DNA of 64,000 nt from Lama guanicoe (GCA_013239625.1 MU053881.1:11274873-11338872); one strand, 5' to 3'. Numbered from the stretch's first letter, positions 25,227 to 39,208 are shown. Notes: a model not told the origin generated them from the letters alone. Numbers and translations: made by a program.

Positions 25227-25964
25227 AAGGTAAACTGATACATAAAATCTATGAAACTATCCCCAATAACTTATGGTGAATAGGAGTTCTGACTTGCTCT
25301 ATGTCTTTGTAGGTTTGTGGAACATCTATATGTACCAGTGTTATTTTGTTTTAATCCCATTTTGTTATTTAGATCGGTGATGCCAGCACTGAGAGGACCA
25401 TCTCATATCAATAATCAAGGTGGGCTCATCCTTCTCGCTGGCATGAGAGAGAACTGGATTATACTCTGTGAGGCTCAAGTACAGGCTGACAACCCAAGGG
25501 ATGATTTTCCAGTTTCAAACAGTATCCAACATAGATGAAGTTCCTTTACAAGATGAGACAGAGAGTTGCAAATATCGCTACAAACAACAGGAAAACAAGC
25601 CCTTTGCATTTTTAATTCCATCTCTTTCAAAATCCTTTGAAATTGAACCAACCAACCATCCCAGGAATGCTCCTAGCCATTGCCTTATGGATGACGGATT
25701 TCATCTTTGATTTTCTCCTCACTGTTTCACACCAATGAGAGTTTTCCAACGTGTTATCTCACTCATAGCTCAGCAGCACAAACGTACCCTTATCTGAATT
25801 TAGGGCCTTTCACGGTGGGATGCTAGGGCAAAGGGACCTCATGGGAATTTCCTTCACCTTCCCACTTTCAGGATCGCTCCTTCTGAATGCCTGAAACTCT
25901 TACTATCTATATAACAAGAACTGTCACCTGTCATATATTGTGGGTGGCATTCTGGCTAGAAAGA

Positions 25965-26150
25965 TGATCTGGACTATGTTACTTACACTCTCTCTGCTTC
26001 ATTTCCTTCACGTGTAAAATGAGACTAAAAATTGTGTATATTTCAAATGCTGAGGTGGAGATTAAACAAGTTAATAAATGTAAAGTGCTAAGCCAGGGCT
26101 GGATACGTAGAAGCACACTGCTGAATAAGTAAGTGCTGTGATCATTATGA
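25965..26150 (+). mobile_element. MIR SINE
   Basis: ctctctgcttcatttccttcacgtgtaaaatgagac...gagattaaacaagttaataaatgtaaagtgct is the MIR core. Confidence 0.8.
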
Positions 26151-26739
26151 CGGCAACATTTTTCCTAGAGCATTCTATTTTGTTAGACTGTATCAAGAAG
26201 AGTAATTATGTGATTACCTATTAACTTGAATTAGAAAGTGTATTTAAGAGTAAATGTACTGTTTAACTCTTGATTTATGTCAGTACAAGAGCCTCTGATT
26301 TTTATGTATCAGATAAACAAATAATATACACCACATATTAAACAAAGTTATACATTCATGCAAGTTTTATTGAACACTAAGGTTTCAAAAATATCATTTG
26401 GAATATAGTAATGATTCAAGTGCAAATGCACCAATAATTATGTTGAAAGATTTTAGGTTACATAATTCATCATGTGATAGAATCAAGCAAATACGATAAA
26501 ATGGTACTGACATATCCTTTGATTAGCATAATATATTTAAGCTAGAAATTTTTAAATAATTTTATAGGGGAAAATACAAACCTTTATCAGAAAAAAACAA
26601 AACTGAGAATATATGCTCTGTGTAATAAATTTTTTCCGGGCACTGCCTTAAATAGGAAAATTTAAGTTTTAGTCCTCAAACTCTACAACCATTATAAATA
26701 TCACAACTTCCCTAAAGTAGTTATTTGTAGACTGTATTG

Positions 26740-26940
26740 ATTAATCTGTCTCCACTCCACTGGAGTATAAGCTATTTGAGATTCACGGTAGAGTCAACTG
26801 TTTGTTTATTCATTTATTTAGTATTCACTCTTTGATTCATTTATGTAGCATTCATTCATTCATCCATTCAACCATCTTCAAAGAGTCTCAAGCATCTCAC
26901 TGAGTGCTCAATAATAGTTTTTAAATGGATGATGAATGAC
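26740..26940 (+). mobile_element. L2 3' terminus with (TTCA)n tract
   Basis: tctgtctccactccactggagtataagct...gagtgctcaataatagtttttaaatggatgatgaatga. Confidence 0.65.
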
Positions 26941-28369
26941 TTCATTTTTTGCATCTTTTGAATGGTGGAAATAAAGTAAATAATCTCTCAGCTCTATAGT
27001 TGTAAAATATGATGATAGCATAATACTTAAAATTTACCACCAATGATGTACATGTAAGAAAAACAGAAATTATTCTATGCTTTTTCATTCTTTCTCTGAA
27101 ACCGTACTTTAAATTTCATAAGAAGATTTATGTGAGTTTGTCCACTCTTACTGAGACAAAGACAGAACTAGCTTTATGCATGGACTATAAGCAATTTTCA
27201 ACTGTAGAGAGAAAAGTATCATAATTATTGCCATTAAAGTAGTATCAGTCATGTACTATTCATTCCTGAATGTCAAAACCATTCTAGGTGGTTTATTTAC
27301 TTTAGTTATCTTATTTAAGCCTTATAACAAGTCTCTAATGTTGGAATGGTAACAGACAATTAAAAAATGAAAGTACAGTATGAGAGATAATTTGTCCTTG
27401 ATTTTGTGCTGTTGGTGACCACCAGGATTCTAAGTCCAATTGCTTTTAATGCAAAGATCAGGCTCATTCTGTATTTAACAATCTCTAATACTGATTGTGC
27501 ATAATTGACAACAATAAAGCTTTGGTTTTTAGTTGTAGTACAGATCTCCATGGTTCTCTATAAATTAGTATCAATGTCACCAATCTACAATACCAAGTCA
27601 GAGAAGACCTGAAATAAAATTTTAATCCTGCCTTGCATGCTGACCTGCTCTTTGACAAATGAAGTGATCATTATTTAAGAACAATAAACAGAAGGAGAAT
27701 TATTTTTTTCTAAAAAAAATAGTGGAAAATGCAATTGAAAAATAGGCAGAAATAAGGGAAAGGGACTGTATGGTCGAATTAAATATCATATATACTGACC
27801 TCTTTTCTAAGTATCTTTATCTGCTTCTAAATTTAATAATGGTTTAACATTTAAATACACAGTGAATTAAATAAAATTATAGATTATTTTTTCACAAAAT
27901 CATGAATGTCTTGCTTTTCAGTGTATTGGGTTTTATCTAAAGTGTCTTTAACTCCCTTTTCCTGCCCAACCTTCCACACGCTTTCTGAACATGTCCAAGA
28001 AGGTATTTTTCACTCCTTACAACCAAATCCTGATCATTTGTACCATTTTCTGATGATTCTATTTGAACAGCCTACTCTGTACTGGATTTAGGTTTAGAAA
28101 CAGAACACAGAAGTACAAATGATTTTTATAGTTTAATTAAACCTTGTTTTTCAAAATGAAGGCATAGAAATCTACAAAATTTTCCCATAAAAGGGTCATA
28201 GCTGGAATGAGCCTTTTTTTCTTGGCTTTGGGGCCCTGGAGGGTGGAGAGGAAAAGTAACCATTTGGAGATATACTCAGAGCATTCCATATAACAAGGCT
28301 TAATTTTCACTGGACAAGATTTTACCAAACTGTTGAAAGTAATAATACTAATAATGTGTTCAATGATTG

Positions 28370-30420
28370 TGGAATAGGGATAAGTGAAGTGAATTATAGC
28401 CAAGTTAAAAGGGATGGAAAGGAGAAGTTGAATATACTGTCTTATAAGTTACCTATGCTACATGTGAAGCAATATAGTGTTATTTAAAGGGGGATAGATT
28501 TAGTTAAATATATATATTGTAATTTTGGGGGAAGTAACTAAATTTTTTAAGGAATCATAATTATATGCAAATAGAGAAGATAGAATTGAATTATATAAAA
28601 TGCTCAAACTGCCAGAGACTGTATGATTTCAATCATTGACATTATGGGAAAGGTAAGACTACAGAGACAGTAGAAAAGATCAGTGGTTGAGAGAAGATGG
28701 GACAAAGGAGGAGGGTTAAAAAGATAAAGAACAGGGGATTCATTTTTTAAGGGCAATGAAACTGTTTTTTACAAGAATATGATGGTACATACATGATACT
28801 CCATGTTTGTCAAAATCCTCTGAACTTTACTGCACAAAAATTGAACCTTAATATACACAATGTTTAAAAAATCCACGTAGGATGTCAAGAGTTCCCAGGA
28901 AGTAATGCAAACTATGACAAAAATGAGGTTGTTTCATACTACTAAAATCATATGAAACAACTTCACTTGAGTAAATAGAGGAAATTTGCTGACCCAAGGA
29001 ACTCTGAAGAAAGTGGAGCCTGTAAAACAAGCACCTATGAATTATAATCTATTCGGTAATGTTTTTAGTAGGGTTATAGGTTTATAATTTTCATACTACT
29101 GTGTATGTATATTAGAAAGAAACAATGAGAAACAATTAGGTAAAAGGATGGCAGATGGTGGGAGCTGGGTTTCTTATTACTGGATTGAGACTTTCTTTAT
29201 ATGTAAGTAAGGGGACAAAGAGAGAAAGTGGGAATGGGTTAGAGTTGAAGACATCCGCACTAACTTACGTTTAGCTTAATACAGGTAGAGCTGGTTATAT
29301 ACAGAAATATTGATATACACAGGTTTGACAAACATACATTTCCTTTCTCTGTCAGCCGAGAGAGCATAGATGTAATGACACCCCAGTAGCAGCAAGTACA
29401 TCTAGCACCCAGCTACTGCTTTCAGACACTGTTGCCTGACAGAAAGAACCAGGGATCCTTAAAGAAATGGCTGATTCTAGGACTGAGCAGGAAATTTGAA
29501 GTATCTTACAGCGGAACATAAGGAGGCAGGCACGCAGACCGCAAGGACGGAAGTATGTCATAGTACACAGGAACTAAATGAAAGAGCTGCCAATGGCAAG
29601 ATGGAACCATTGGTGCAAATAAAATAAAGTAGTACTGTATTATAACCCAAAGTATGAAATAAATATCCATGACTTCATACTGATATAACTAAATGATTTT
29701 TAATATAAACAAATGAGAGAGAAAAGATAGATCTTTCATGCAGAATACTCCCAATTGATATAGGCACTCTCTTCTCAAGAGGCACTCAAACCTAAATGTT
29801 GGGTCCTCATAGTGACTTCTTTCCAAAGAGTATAGTATGAAAGGGGGGGGGGAGAATAACTTCATAGTAAAGAAACATGACAAACACTACTAGGTATTCA
29901 AGGTGATCAGGGTTGACATCAACAGTGATGTCATGTTGATGATATGTGTCCTTGACATAACGTGATGGAAATAGCACTTTACCTCTGTGATCTTCCTCCT
30001 TAAATCTCATAACCCCAATTTAATTATGAAAATAACACCAGACAAATACCAATAAAGGGAAATTTTAGAAAATACCTGATCAATACTCCTCAAAACCATC
30101 AAGTTGACAAAGGAAAGTCTGAGAAACTTTATAGATCAGAGGAACCCCAGAATATATGATGACTAAATGCAATGTAGTGTCCTAGACAAAATACCTGGAC
30201 AGAGATAGGACATTATGCAAAAATTAAGGAAATCTGAATAACCTATGGACTTCAGTTGAAAATAATGTATCAGTATTTGTCCATTCATTGTAACAAAGGT
30301 ACCATACTAACGTAGGATGTTAATAACAGGGGGAAATGGCTGCAGAGTACAAGAACTCTGCACTGTCTTTGTAAGTTTTTGTAAGTCTAAAACTGTTCTA
30401 AAGGAAAAAAAGTTTATTGA
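28370..30420 (+). mobile_element. L1MC-type L1 (inter-ORF piece joined to a long 3' UTR)
   Basis: atgtgaagcaatatagtgttatttaaag (spacer); aagaaatggctgattctaggactgagcaggaaa and terminal gaactctgcactgtctttgtaagtttttgtaagtctaaaactgttctaaa, typical of L1MC3/4 3' ends. Confidence 0.8.
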
Positions 30421-32339
30421 GAGAAAAAAGGCCATAATAAGGTGTTCTTTTAAGACTTTCAAAATAAAGAAATACTCTTGTCTTTTTAAAGATATAAAAT
30501 GAATGGGGAGTCAATATAGCAAAATTGTTAAATGATACTTCTGTTACCCAGAAAGGGTGGGTTTGAATACTTGTTTTAATATTTAAAATATATTAGCTTA
30601 AATGCTTATAAGTATTAGATGCATGTGATGTTAATTTAACCACACATTTATATTGAGTGTCTCAGAGAAGAATTATGCACTGAAACCTTGAAGGGAAGGA
30701 ATGCTTTCCAAAACAAGTGCAGATAACGTAATTTGAAGTTATAAACACATTAGATAGAGGTTAGTAGCTTGAATACCAGTGAATGTGTGTTCACATGTGT
30801 GTGTGGTTGTTTGAAGATATAGAGACACATGGTGGGAAAGCAACAGAAGCCTAGAAATGGAGCAACAGAGCAGCTGTCTTCAACAGTGTTTCTAGTCAAG
30901 AGGACTCTTCTAGTGAAGAGGATGACCTGAATAAAACTAGTATATCTACTGTGATCCATGAAATGTGTTAGTCAAGTGAGAGCCGTTAAAATTATCCAGT
31001 TGATTTCTCCTATGCTGCATCATGTCCACCAGGCCAACTCTGGATTATACTCAGAATTCCCATGCACATTTATACAAAGACAGTACACTAACCAGAATAA
31101 AACTGGGGTATCTTCACCCCTTTTATTCTATAAAATCTCTCCTTAAAAACTAATGATTAGGTGTCTGATTTTCATTTATCTAATTCTGAACTTAGTTAAC
31201 CTGGATCATCCTTGAGGTTGATCTTGAGGTGTTCAGGGATTTTTCCAAATGATATTCAATATTTTTGCAAACATTTTTCTTCCAACTGCAACTTCATTCT
31301 TCAATCATTAAAATTAAGAAGCATTTCTTGATTCATTTATATCTGAAATTAAACTACTTATACTGCAGGTTCAAACATCTGTTACTAGTATCAGTATAAT
31401 ATTGGAAGTGAAATGTATTAGTTACTTCATTTATAAAAATCATACCCATCCCATGTGATCATTTCTCCAATTTACTCCAAGACTTAAACATAAAATCACA
31501 AGAAACAAATATAGACTCAAAGGCATTTGAGAGGGAGATCTGGCATGCTGTTTATTTTGCAGATATTTCTCTAAACGAATGTGTTTTCTAGGCTAACTCC
31601 GGGTCCACTGTTTTTAGTTTAAATATAGAGTGGACAGTGCTTGGTGGCATTTAATTACATGATGACTCTAAAAGGAAAGAAGGTTGGAGAAAAAAATCCA
31701 AGGTATGACTTTTCCAAGGAATCTAATACAGTAGTTACAAGAAAACAGTCTTTCGAGTCAGCTGGGTGTAAACTGAAGCTTCAAGTATGCTTACTACTGG
31801 CTGATGTTAAGAAAGTTTTCTATTTCCTTGAGGCCCCTTTTTTTGCTCCTTATTAACCAGGGACAATAATACTACTTTTATGACCATAGCTTATTTCACA
31901 GCTAGTTCTCCACGATTTTTAATGATCATTTTAGTTTCCTTTGTTACTATGATCATTAGGATAACAGTTAATATTTTGCTGTGCTGTGAACACAAAATTT
32001 GGTTCACTGATTGGGAAGAGGGAGGGCATAATCTAATAAAATATCAAGCCAGGATTCTAAGTATAAGGCTGTCCAATTAGGCTGCGGCTGAATATAGAAA
32101 AAAAAAGTTAATTCCCTGGTTTTCATCTTTCTTTATACATAGGTCAAAACTGCAGCAGAGTGATTGTGAAAGAAAATATTTTAAGTATATAGAATGATTT
32201 AAATCATCACCCAGAAAATGCACAAAAATATTTCATATAAAAATCCAGAAGACTCAGATGTAAAGATGATTCTGTAATAACTGTAAATAGAAATACTTCC
32301 CTTGTGTCAAAAATGACATTTTAGTTTGAGTATATGGTA

Positions 32340-32986
32340 GAGACAGTCGTACGTTTTCCAACATTTCCACAAGTCTGCCTTGCAATTCACTGGGTGCCAT
32401 ATGACTAATTCCGCCAGTGGGCGGAGACTGTAAGTGATACCTCACTTTGGGGCTGCAGCATTTGACAGCCTCTGTGGCTTTTCCATCTCTCTCTTCTCCT
32501 GCCTCAGCAACACGGGAGACTAGACACTCCACAATGAAGACTGGGTTTTCTGGGAAGCCAACTCTGAGACGGAGTCTAGTGAGCAGAGTGTTTACTAAGT
32601 GCGCTTGGGATCAACAAAAGCTGTGGAAGAGAAGGGAAGGAAACAGGACTGGACAGAAAGACAAATTGAAGCTGAGACACTGGTACTTGTGTTATGTCCT
32701 CTGGGAGCTACAGAGATCGAAAGAAAAAGGCCTATTTCAGAGTATCCCACTTTATATTAAAACGGCTGTGCCTTTTTATACGTCCTTCAATCAAGTCTTT
32801 AAATGCAATGAGTCCTTCTGTGAGGGAGGATTGGGGCAATGCATCCTCATGTCCACCACATTCCAAAGGCATAGTTATAAAATGGAGAAAGGCTACTGAA
32901 AAGAGCATCAGACGTCACATTACAATTAAGCCACTGAGATTTCAGGGCTTGTCTATTGCTTTCCTAGTGTTACTTTTCCTAATACA
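32340..32986 (+). mobile_element. MaLR LTR (MLT1I/J-like), interrupted by another LTR
   Basis: gtctgccttgcaattcactgggtgccatatgactaattccgcc and 3' terminus ttaagccactgagatttcagggcttg...cctaataca. Confidence 0.65.
32535..32860 (-). mobile_element. ERVL LTR fragment (LTR33/LTR16-like) nested in MLT1
   Basis: gggttttctgggaagccaactctgagacggag...cttgggatcaac...tgtggaagagaagggaaggaaacaggactggacaga resembles the reverse strand of the recalled LTR33 consensus. Confidence 0.55.
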
Positions 32987-33299
32987 AGTGTATCTTATAA
33001 AGTATTTATCTTCTATATGAATTCTATTATGTACTGTGTTATTTTTTAGACCAAGTCAGTTTTACTAGAATCTATACTTGCAAAGACATATTAGAAAATA
33101 TTCTTAAGAAAAAGGGGAAAACCTGTCAGTATCCTAATTTCATCATAATTACTGTATACCCTGTACAAATGAAAACTTCTCATAAAGATGTATTTTCCCA
33201 GGCTAGATCTTTTTTATCAGTGGGTTTGACAATAGAAATTATTGCTGCTTAACAAAAATAACATTATTATCATAAAATGACCAATGGACATTCACTTTG

Positions 33300-33850
33300 C
33301 CTGCATAAGCAGTAATTAAGCTTCAAGTTTAAAAAATGTTAGAGTGAAAGAAGAACTTCTGTGCAGTTTAAGTTTAGCTAAGATAAATATTAGACGGTAA
33401 ATCCATTTCAGTTCGCTATTGTAAACTGATTTCCAAGATGTAATAGTTAGATGTTGGTTTCCAATAGTTATAAACCAATAAGCAAGTGCAGTATGGGATG
33501 ATTTAAGAACACATTGCCACATAGCCAGAGTGAATGTTTTAAATAACATTCCTCAATGATAAGAAAAGAAATGTGAGGTGCAGTGACTTTTAAACAATGG
33601 CCAAATAAGGTTACAATAAAATAAATCAGAGCAGTGAGATGGTTTAATGGCTTTTTAATGAGCCTAATGTTTTCTGTTTTAATGAGCCCTGTTACATCAG
33701 CTTTAATCATTTTATGAGAATGAGAAATGATTGAGAAATGGCTTTCATTAATTCAATTTTCTGTTCAGTCTTCCCACAAGCCATTATGGCACAGTGGCTA
33801 ATGGGAGTCAACTTGGATAAGTGGGAACTTGTATAATAGGACAAGTCTCG
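33300..33850. promoter_or_regulatory. Candidate enhancer with CArG, SOX and homeodomain motifs
   Basis: AACAATGG abutting CCAAATAAGG (33601-33610); ATAAATCA; repeated TTAATG and CTAATG. Confidence 0.4.
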
Positions 33851-34384
33851 GCTAAATTTAGTTAGACATTTTATGTGTTAACTGGTGATAAGGTTATACT
33901 TCATCATTTTGTAAAGAGTGCACACCAAATGCCCACAAAGTATTTTAACACTATAGCACAAGCAAAAATTAATTAGGATAGTTTAAATGAACTATAATTT
34001 GTCCTAATTAATTCTACAAAATTGTGTTAAAAATCTCCTAGTTTTTTTTATTAGTGACATATTAAGATTAAAAATGAAAAAATAACTGAATTTAAAAACT
34101 ATATATTTTTGACACAATCTGTGCTTCAAACTATGTTAAACCTTTATAATATAATACCTAGAAGGATACAATTTTCCTACTACCTAGAAGTAATATTAAA
34201 TAAATTATTTAGCTATATATCTAATTAGATGTGTCACATCCCAAAGCTGTATCAATCTGTCACAAGGAACAAGTCATGTTAAACAAAAAAATAAACAAAA
34301 ATAACATTAAAGTGATGCTATTCTCTGACATATCAATCAGGGTTATTTGCAATGAGTAACAGAAACAAACTCTTCACTCATTCA

Positions 34385-35192
34385 GGTTAAAAACTAGATA
34401 GCTATATGCAAAAGAATTAAATAGGACTACTGTTTCACACCATGAACAAAAGTACATTCAAAATGGATTAACGGCTTAAATGTAATACCTGAAACCATAA
34501 AAATTCTAGAAGAAAACATAGGCAACATGCTCTCTCACATTGGTCTTAGTAATATTTTTGGGGGGAAGAGTTAATTTTTTTTTTCAGGCAAAGAAATAGA
34601 AGCAAAAATAAACAAACCAGACTATATCAAAGTAAAAAGCTTTTGCACAGGGAAGGAAACTATCAACAAAGTGAAAGGGCCACCTACTGAAAAGGGGAAG
34701 ATATTTGCAAATGACATATCTCATAACGGGTTAATATCCACAATATACGAAAACCTCATGCAGCTCAACATCAAAAAAAGGGAAACAACGTGATTAAAAC
34801 ATAGATAGAGGATCTGAATAGACATTTCCAAATAAGGCATACAGATGGCTGACAGACACACAAATGTGCTCAACATCACCAATTGTCAGGTAAATGCAAA
34901 TCAAAACCACAACGAGATATCACCCCATTCTTACCAGAATGGCTATTATCAAAAAAGACAACAAATTACAAGTGCTGGCAAGTATGTGGAGAAAAGAGAA
35001 CCATCAAGCACTGTTGGTAGAATGTGAATGGGTGTAGCCACAATATGGAAAACAGTGTGGAGATTCTGCAAAAATTTAAAGAAAGAAAGTACCATACAAT
35101 CTAACACTTCCAGTTTTGACTATTTATCCAAAGAAAACTAAGACACTAATTTGAAAAGATAAATGTACCCCACATTCATTGCAGCATTATTT
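34385..35192 (+). mobile_element. L1 ORF2 C-terminal fragment
   Basis: aaatggattaacggcttaaatgtaatacctgaaaccataaaaattctagaagaaaacataggc...aaaagcttttgcacag...gtggagaaaagagaacc; lacks the 3' UTR. Confidence 0.9.
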
Positions 35193-35699
35193 TATTTTTT
35201 ATAAGATGTTTACAAATACTATTATGAGACTTTAATAATAAATACAACACTCACCTCCTCTAATAAGGACACTTTGCCACAATTTTTACTTTTCTAAATA
35301 CTCTTAGATACACGTACCTATGTTATATATGTATATGATGCTTACCCTAGCAGTAGACTATATGTGGAATTGTAGTAATGAAAGCTAAGGGAGGAAAAAG
35401 GAAGAAAGAAAAGTCAAGGAGAGAAAAAAGCCACCAACAAAATGAAGACAGAATGCCTAAATATATCACTAAATTAAGAAACTGCAAAGCACAGAGGATG
35501 AAAACAGGTAAAATACTGCACAGGAATAACGTGATTGCCATCCGGAGGCAGAACAGCTGACTCTTTCCAGAAGTCACCAGTTAAGACATCTCCTCCCATT
35601 CTCCTCAGCAACAATCCGGAACCTTCATTACTGTCTTTGACTCTCAGCTTCCTCACTGAAATATTGTTGGAACTTGGAGTCATTTCTTAGATACTTGTC

Positions 35700-36865
35700 T
35701 TCTAATGTGTTACACAATATATGCCTCCTATAACATCAAGGAAATTGGTCCCTTATTATTGTGTATCACTACTTTTCCCCGAGTATTCTAAGAGTTCCTT
35801 TTTATATTCAAGCCCAATTTACCCACTTTTGTTTTTAACCCCATTCTTTCCTACTTTCTCTAAGACTCATTATTCTGTGCCATCTCCAATGCTTCCTACC
35901 TTTTCACCTATAAACAAACTTCAGCCTTCCATCCCTTTCCACACCTCATTGCCTCCAGTTGATACCAAATCTTTCTCTTCTCCAAGCCATTTAAAATCCT
36001 GGAAAGAATCATTTCTACCATTTCAATTCCTTACTAACTGTTTTCTCTTCAGCCCTTAGAATCTGACTTCTGCTACCAAAGAATTTTTAAAGTATTCTCA
36101 CTACATTCTCTGATGAGCTCCCAAATATGACAATTAGTAGCATTTGTGTAATATTCCTCTGATTGGGGTTACCTGTTACTTTTCAGCATTGTCAATCACT
36201 CCTTCTTCCGGAAACTCTGAAATCACTTGGTTACTATGATGCTGAACTGTTGTGGGTTTCCTCATACAGACCCCTTTCCTTTTATTTCTTCCCTGGCTCC
36301 TCTTCAGTTCCTTTGTCTGACCAATTTCACCTTTTAAGAAGAGTCTGTATTGCCCATCATTTCATATTCCACCATGTTCATCTGACTAAGGTTCTCTTCT
36401 TGAGTGATGTTATCTGATTCCATTTGTTCAACTATGTCCTGTGTGCTGGTAATGCCTTACTTAGCTTTAGTTCTGTTCTTTCCCCTGAACTTCTTACATA
36501 TTTTCAACTGTCGTATATCTGCTCCTATTGTTACAGGGATAACTCAATCCCAGAGTCAGAAACAGAACTCATCATCTCCCTGCTGTCTCTTCTCCTGTCC
36601 TCAATGCATGTTTACATCTGTGCCACCAATAACTATCCTGTCACAAGTAATTTCTCTCCTTTATCCCCACACCCAGTAAGCCACCAAGTCCTACTGAGTT
36701 ACCTACTAAATACTTTCAAATCCATATTTTCTTCTCCATCCCTACTACTTTTGTTTTAATTAACTCCCTTAATATGTTTCACCTGTACTACAAAAAGACT
36801 GCTAAAAGTCACACTGTCCAGTTTCATCTCCATTTCGGTTCATCTCTGTATATAGACAACAGAAT
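35700..36865 (+). mobile_element. L2 body fragment
   Basis: atcactccttcttccggaaactctg...tggtttcctcatac...ctttcccctgaacttcttacata...aaacagaactcatcatctccc are L2 ORF/3' motifs. Confidence 0.75.
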
Positions 36866-37019
36866 ATATAGGCATACTAAGTATAAAATATAAATTCTTT
36901 TTTATTCTGTAAAGCTTGTTTTATATAAGCTTAATTTGTATACATTTCTGGTCTTATTATTAAAATAGACTTGGCATTTATTTGAAAACTCTGCTCATGT
37001 TACTAACAAGGCTTCCAAG

Positions 37020-37315
37020 AAGCATTCTGAAAATTGAGATCTATGAACATTAGTGTTCTGAAATATTTTAACAGGTTTCCAAAAATTATTTCAAGATTAA
37101 ATAAAATTGAGAAATGTTCAGCTAAATAAATTAGAAGTTTCTTTACTCTAGGACTTATTAAAGCCTTTATTATGTGAACATGTGCCAAGACTTTCTAAGA
37201 GGCATATATCATCTTCAGTATTTCATAAGCATTTTGACTAGGGAGCCCCTTTATCATAGTGTAACTATTAACATAATTGAAATAATTGTAATCACATTAT
37301 TTGAAAATACCACTC
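37020..37315 (+). mobile_element. hAT-Charlie MITE (MER113-like)
   Basis: aaataaaattgagaaatgttcagctaaataaa...gtttctttactctaggacttattaaagccttta...cagtatttcataagcattttgactagggagccc. Confidence 0.55.
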
Positions 37316-38247
37316 TCAAGTATTTACAGAAACAATAAACTATGCTTAGGTATAAATAATGTGATATTTTTAGGTGATATAAATCAAAACTGTTTTCATA
37401 TTATTAGTTAATTTGCTGAAAATTACTTTCTAGTCTTTTCTAAATATATTGATTTATGAACAGCCAATTAAGATACTTGGAGTATGGAGAAAGATGAGTT
37501 TGAAATTATTTCACATGTTAAGTATGATTCCCTGTGCAGTCCATTTAAATCCTTCTGAGATACTCATCTTAATATCACGGAGAAATATAGGATTAGGCTG
37601 GAATAAATTAGTGAGATGATTAATTAAACTAGAAATATTTATCATTATTAAAAAGTGACATCTCAGGGAATCTAAAAAAAAACTATCTTTTTATACTCAG
37701 TGCTTAAACTAGACTAAACTCAATATTATCACTTTAGTGTACAGACCTACAGCTTCAAAATGAAATACAGACACCATAGTACTCAGATAAATATGATGTA
37801 TTTTTAAAGAACGTAAGTGTGGACTTCTGAATTCATGCTCAATCTTAATTCATCCTGAACCTTACAGGAACAAAATGATTGCCTAGAGTGCCTAGAAATC
37901 TTGGAATAAAGTAGAAAATTCTCACATAATTGAATCTGGTTTGCATGATGCTGTAATACATGTGTTCATGCTTACTAAGTGATCTACACCTAAAGTTCTG
38001 AATATATGTTTCTATCATTTCGGTGGAAAGGGAGAGGAATGTTTTGGATGATTACATACACATGATTTCTCTCTACTGAGGCCTTTCATCCTAGGAATGC
38101 AGACCTACTAATTTTTTTGGGGGGGGGAAGTACATTTCACAACCACATTTCAGAAAGTACAGAACTAACAGTCAAATACAGCAATATTTAGGAAGATTAA
38201 AGGGGGAAATTCATTAAAGTTATTATCATGTAAATATATTTTTATAC

Positions 38248-38740
38248 TCTTTTATTATAGAAAATTTCAAACACGTACAAAAATAGACTAGTATAATAAA
38301 CTCCCAAGTGCCCATCCAAAACTCGTGGTAAATTTTATTTAATCTGTATTTCCAGCCCCATCCCAGCCCTCATTGTTCTGAAACAAATTTTATCATTTTA
38401 TCAGTAAATATTTGATTTTTCTCTAATAAATACTCATTTTAAAATATAAACACAATACAATTAACCCATCTTTTAAAAATCTAACAAAACAATCCCTAAA
38501 CATTATAAAATATGAAGCCAGGGTTAGGTTTCCCTAATTGTATTATAAATGCATTTATTTAATTTTATAATTTACTTGTTTTGATTTGAATTTTTTTAAA
38601 AGTCCAAAAATTATAAATGGTTGATTTGCCTTAATTGTTTTTAATCTACGAGGTTGCCTACCATTCATCTTTTGACATATTTACTTTTGATTTCTCTTTT
38701 CCTTTTAAAGACACTAGATTATTTACCTTCTAGAGTGCCT
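38248..38740 (-). mobile_element. Old L1 3' end (L1MC/ME-type), antisense
   Basis: ttttattatagaaaatttcaaacacgtacaaaaatagactagtataataaactccc. Confidence 0.75.
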
Positions 38741-39208
38741 CCCTGAGTCATTTGAACTCCCTCTAGTTACTTAAAACTTACACCGTATTTTTGTATTTGT
38801 TGCCATTTTCTTACTCAAAAATTTCAGTGAACTGATAAAGTATACATTTCTATAACTAAGTCTGATCATTCCAAGATCATTTTTCACTATAGTGCATTTA
38901 TACTGAACACATATGTAACTTAAACAAATTTCAATATACATGCTCACTTGAATTTCACTCTACCTAAAAGCAAGTTAGAACAGTGCAAACACTATCTAAT
39001 TCTGTCCACTGTGCCACTCAGTGAGGACACACCTTGAGAGAGCATGCATATGAGAGGTGAATCCATATTCCCTATATTATCTTTTTTCCTGGGCTCCTCT
39101 CAAAGGGGGAACATCCTACCCAACTGAGGCTGATTCTTAGTTTGTAATATGTGTGGACCAAAACTGGTGACTTGCACTTAATGATGAGAACAAAGAGGTG
39201 CTAAGTAG

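Noticed and set aside
30860..30970. Acidic serine-rich frame SSQEDSSSEEDD
   Set aside because: Arises from a short direct repeat (tctagtcaagagga/tctagtgaagagga); stop-bounded, with no convincing splice sites
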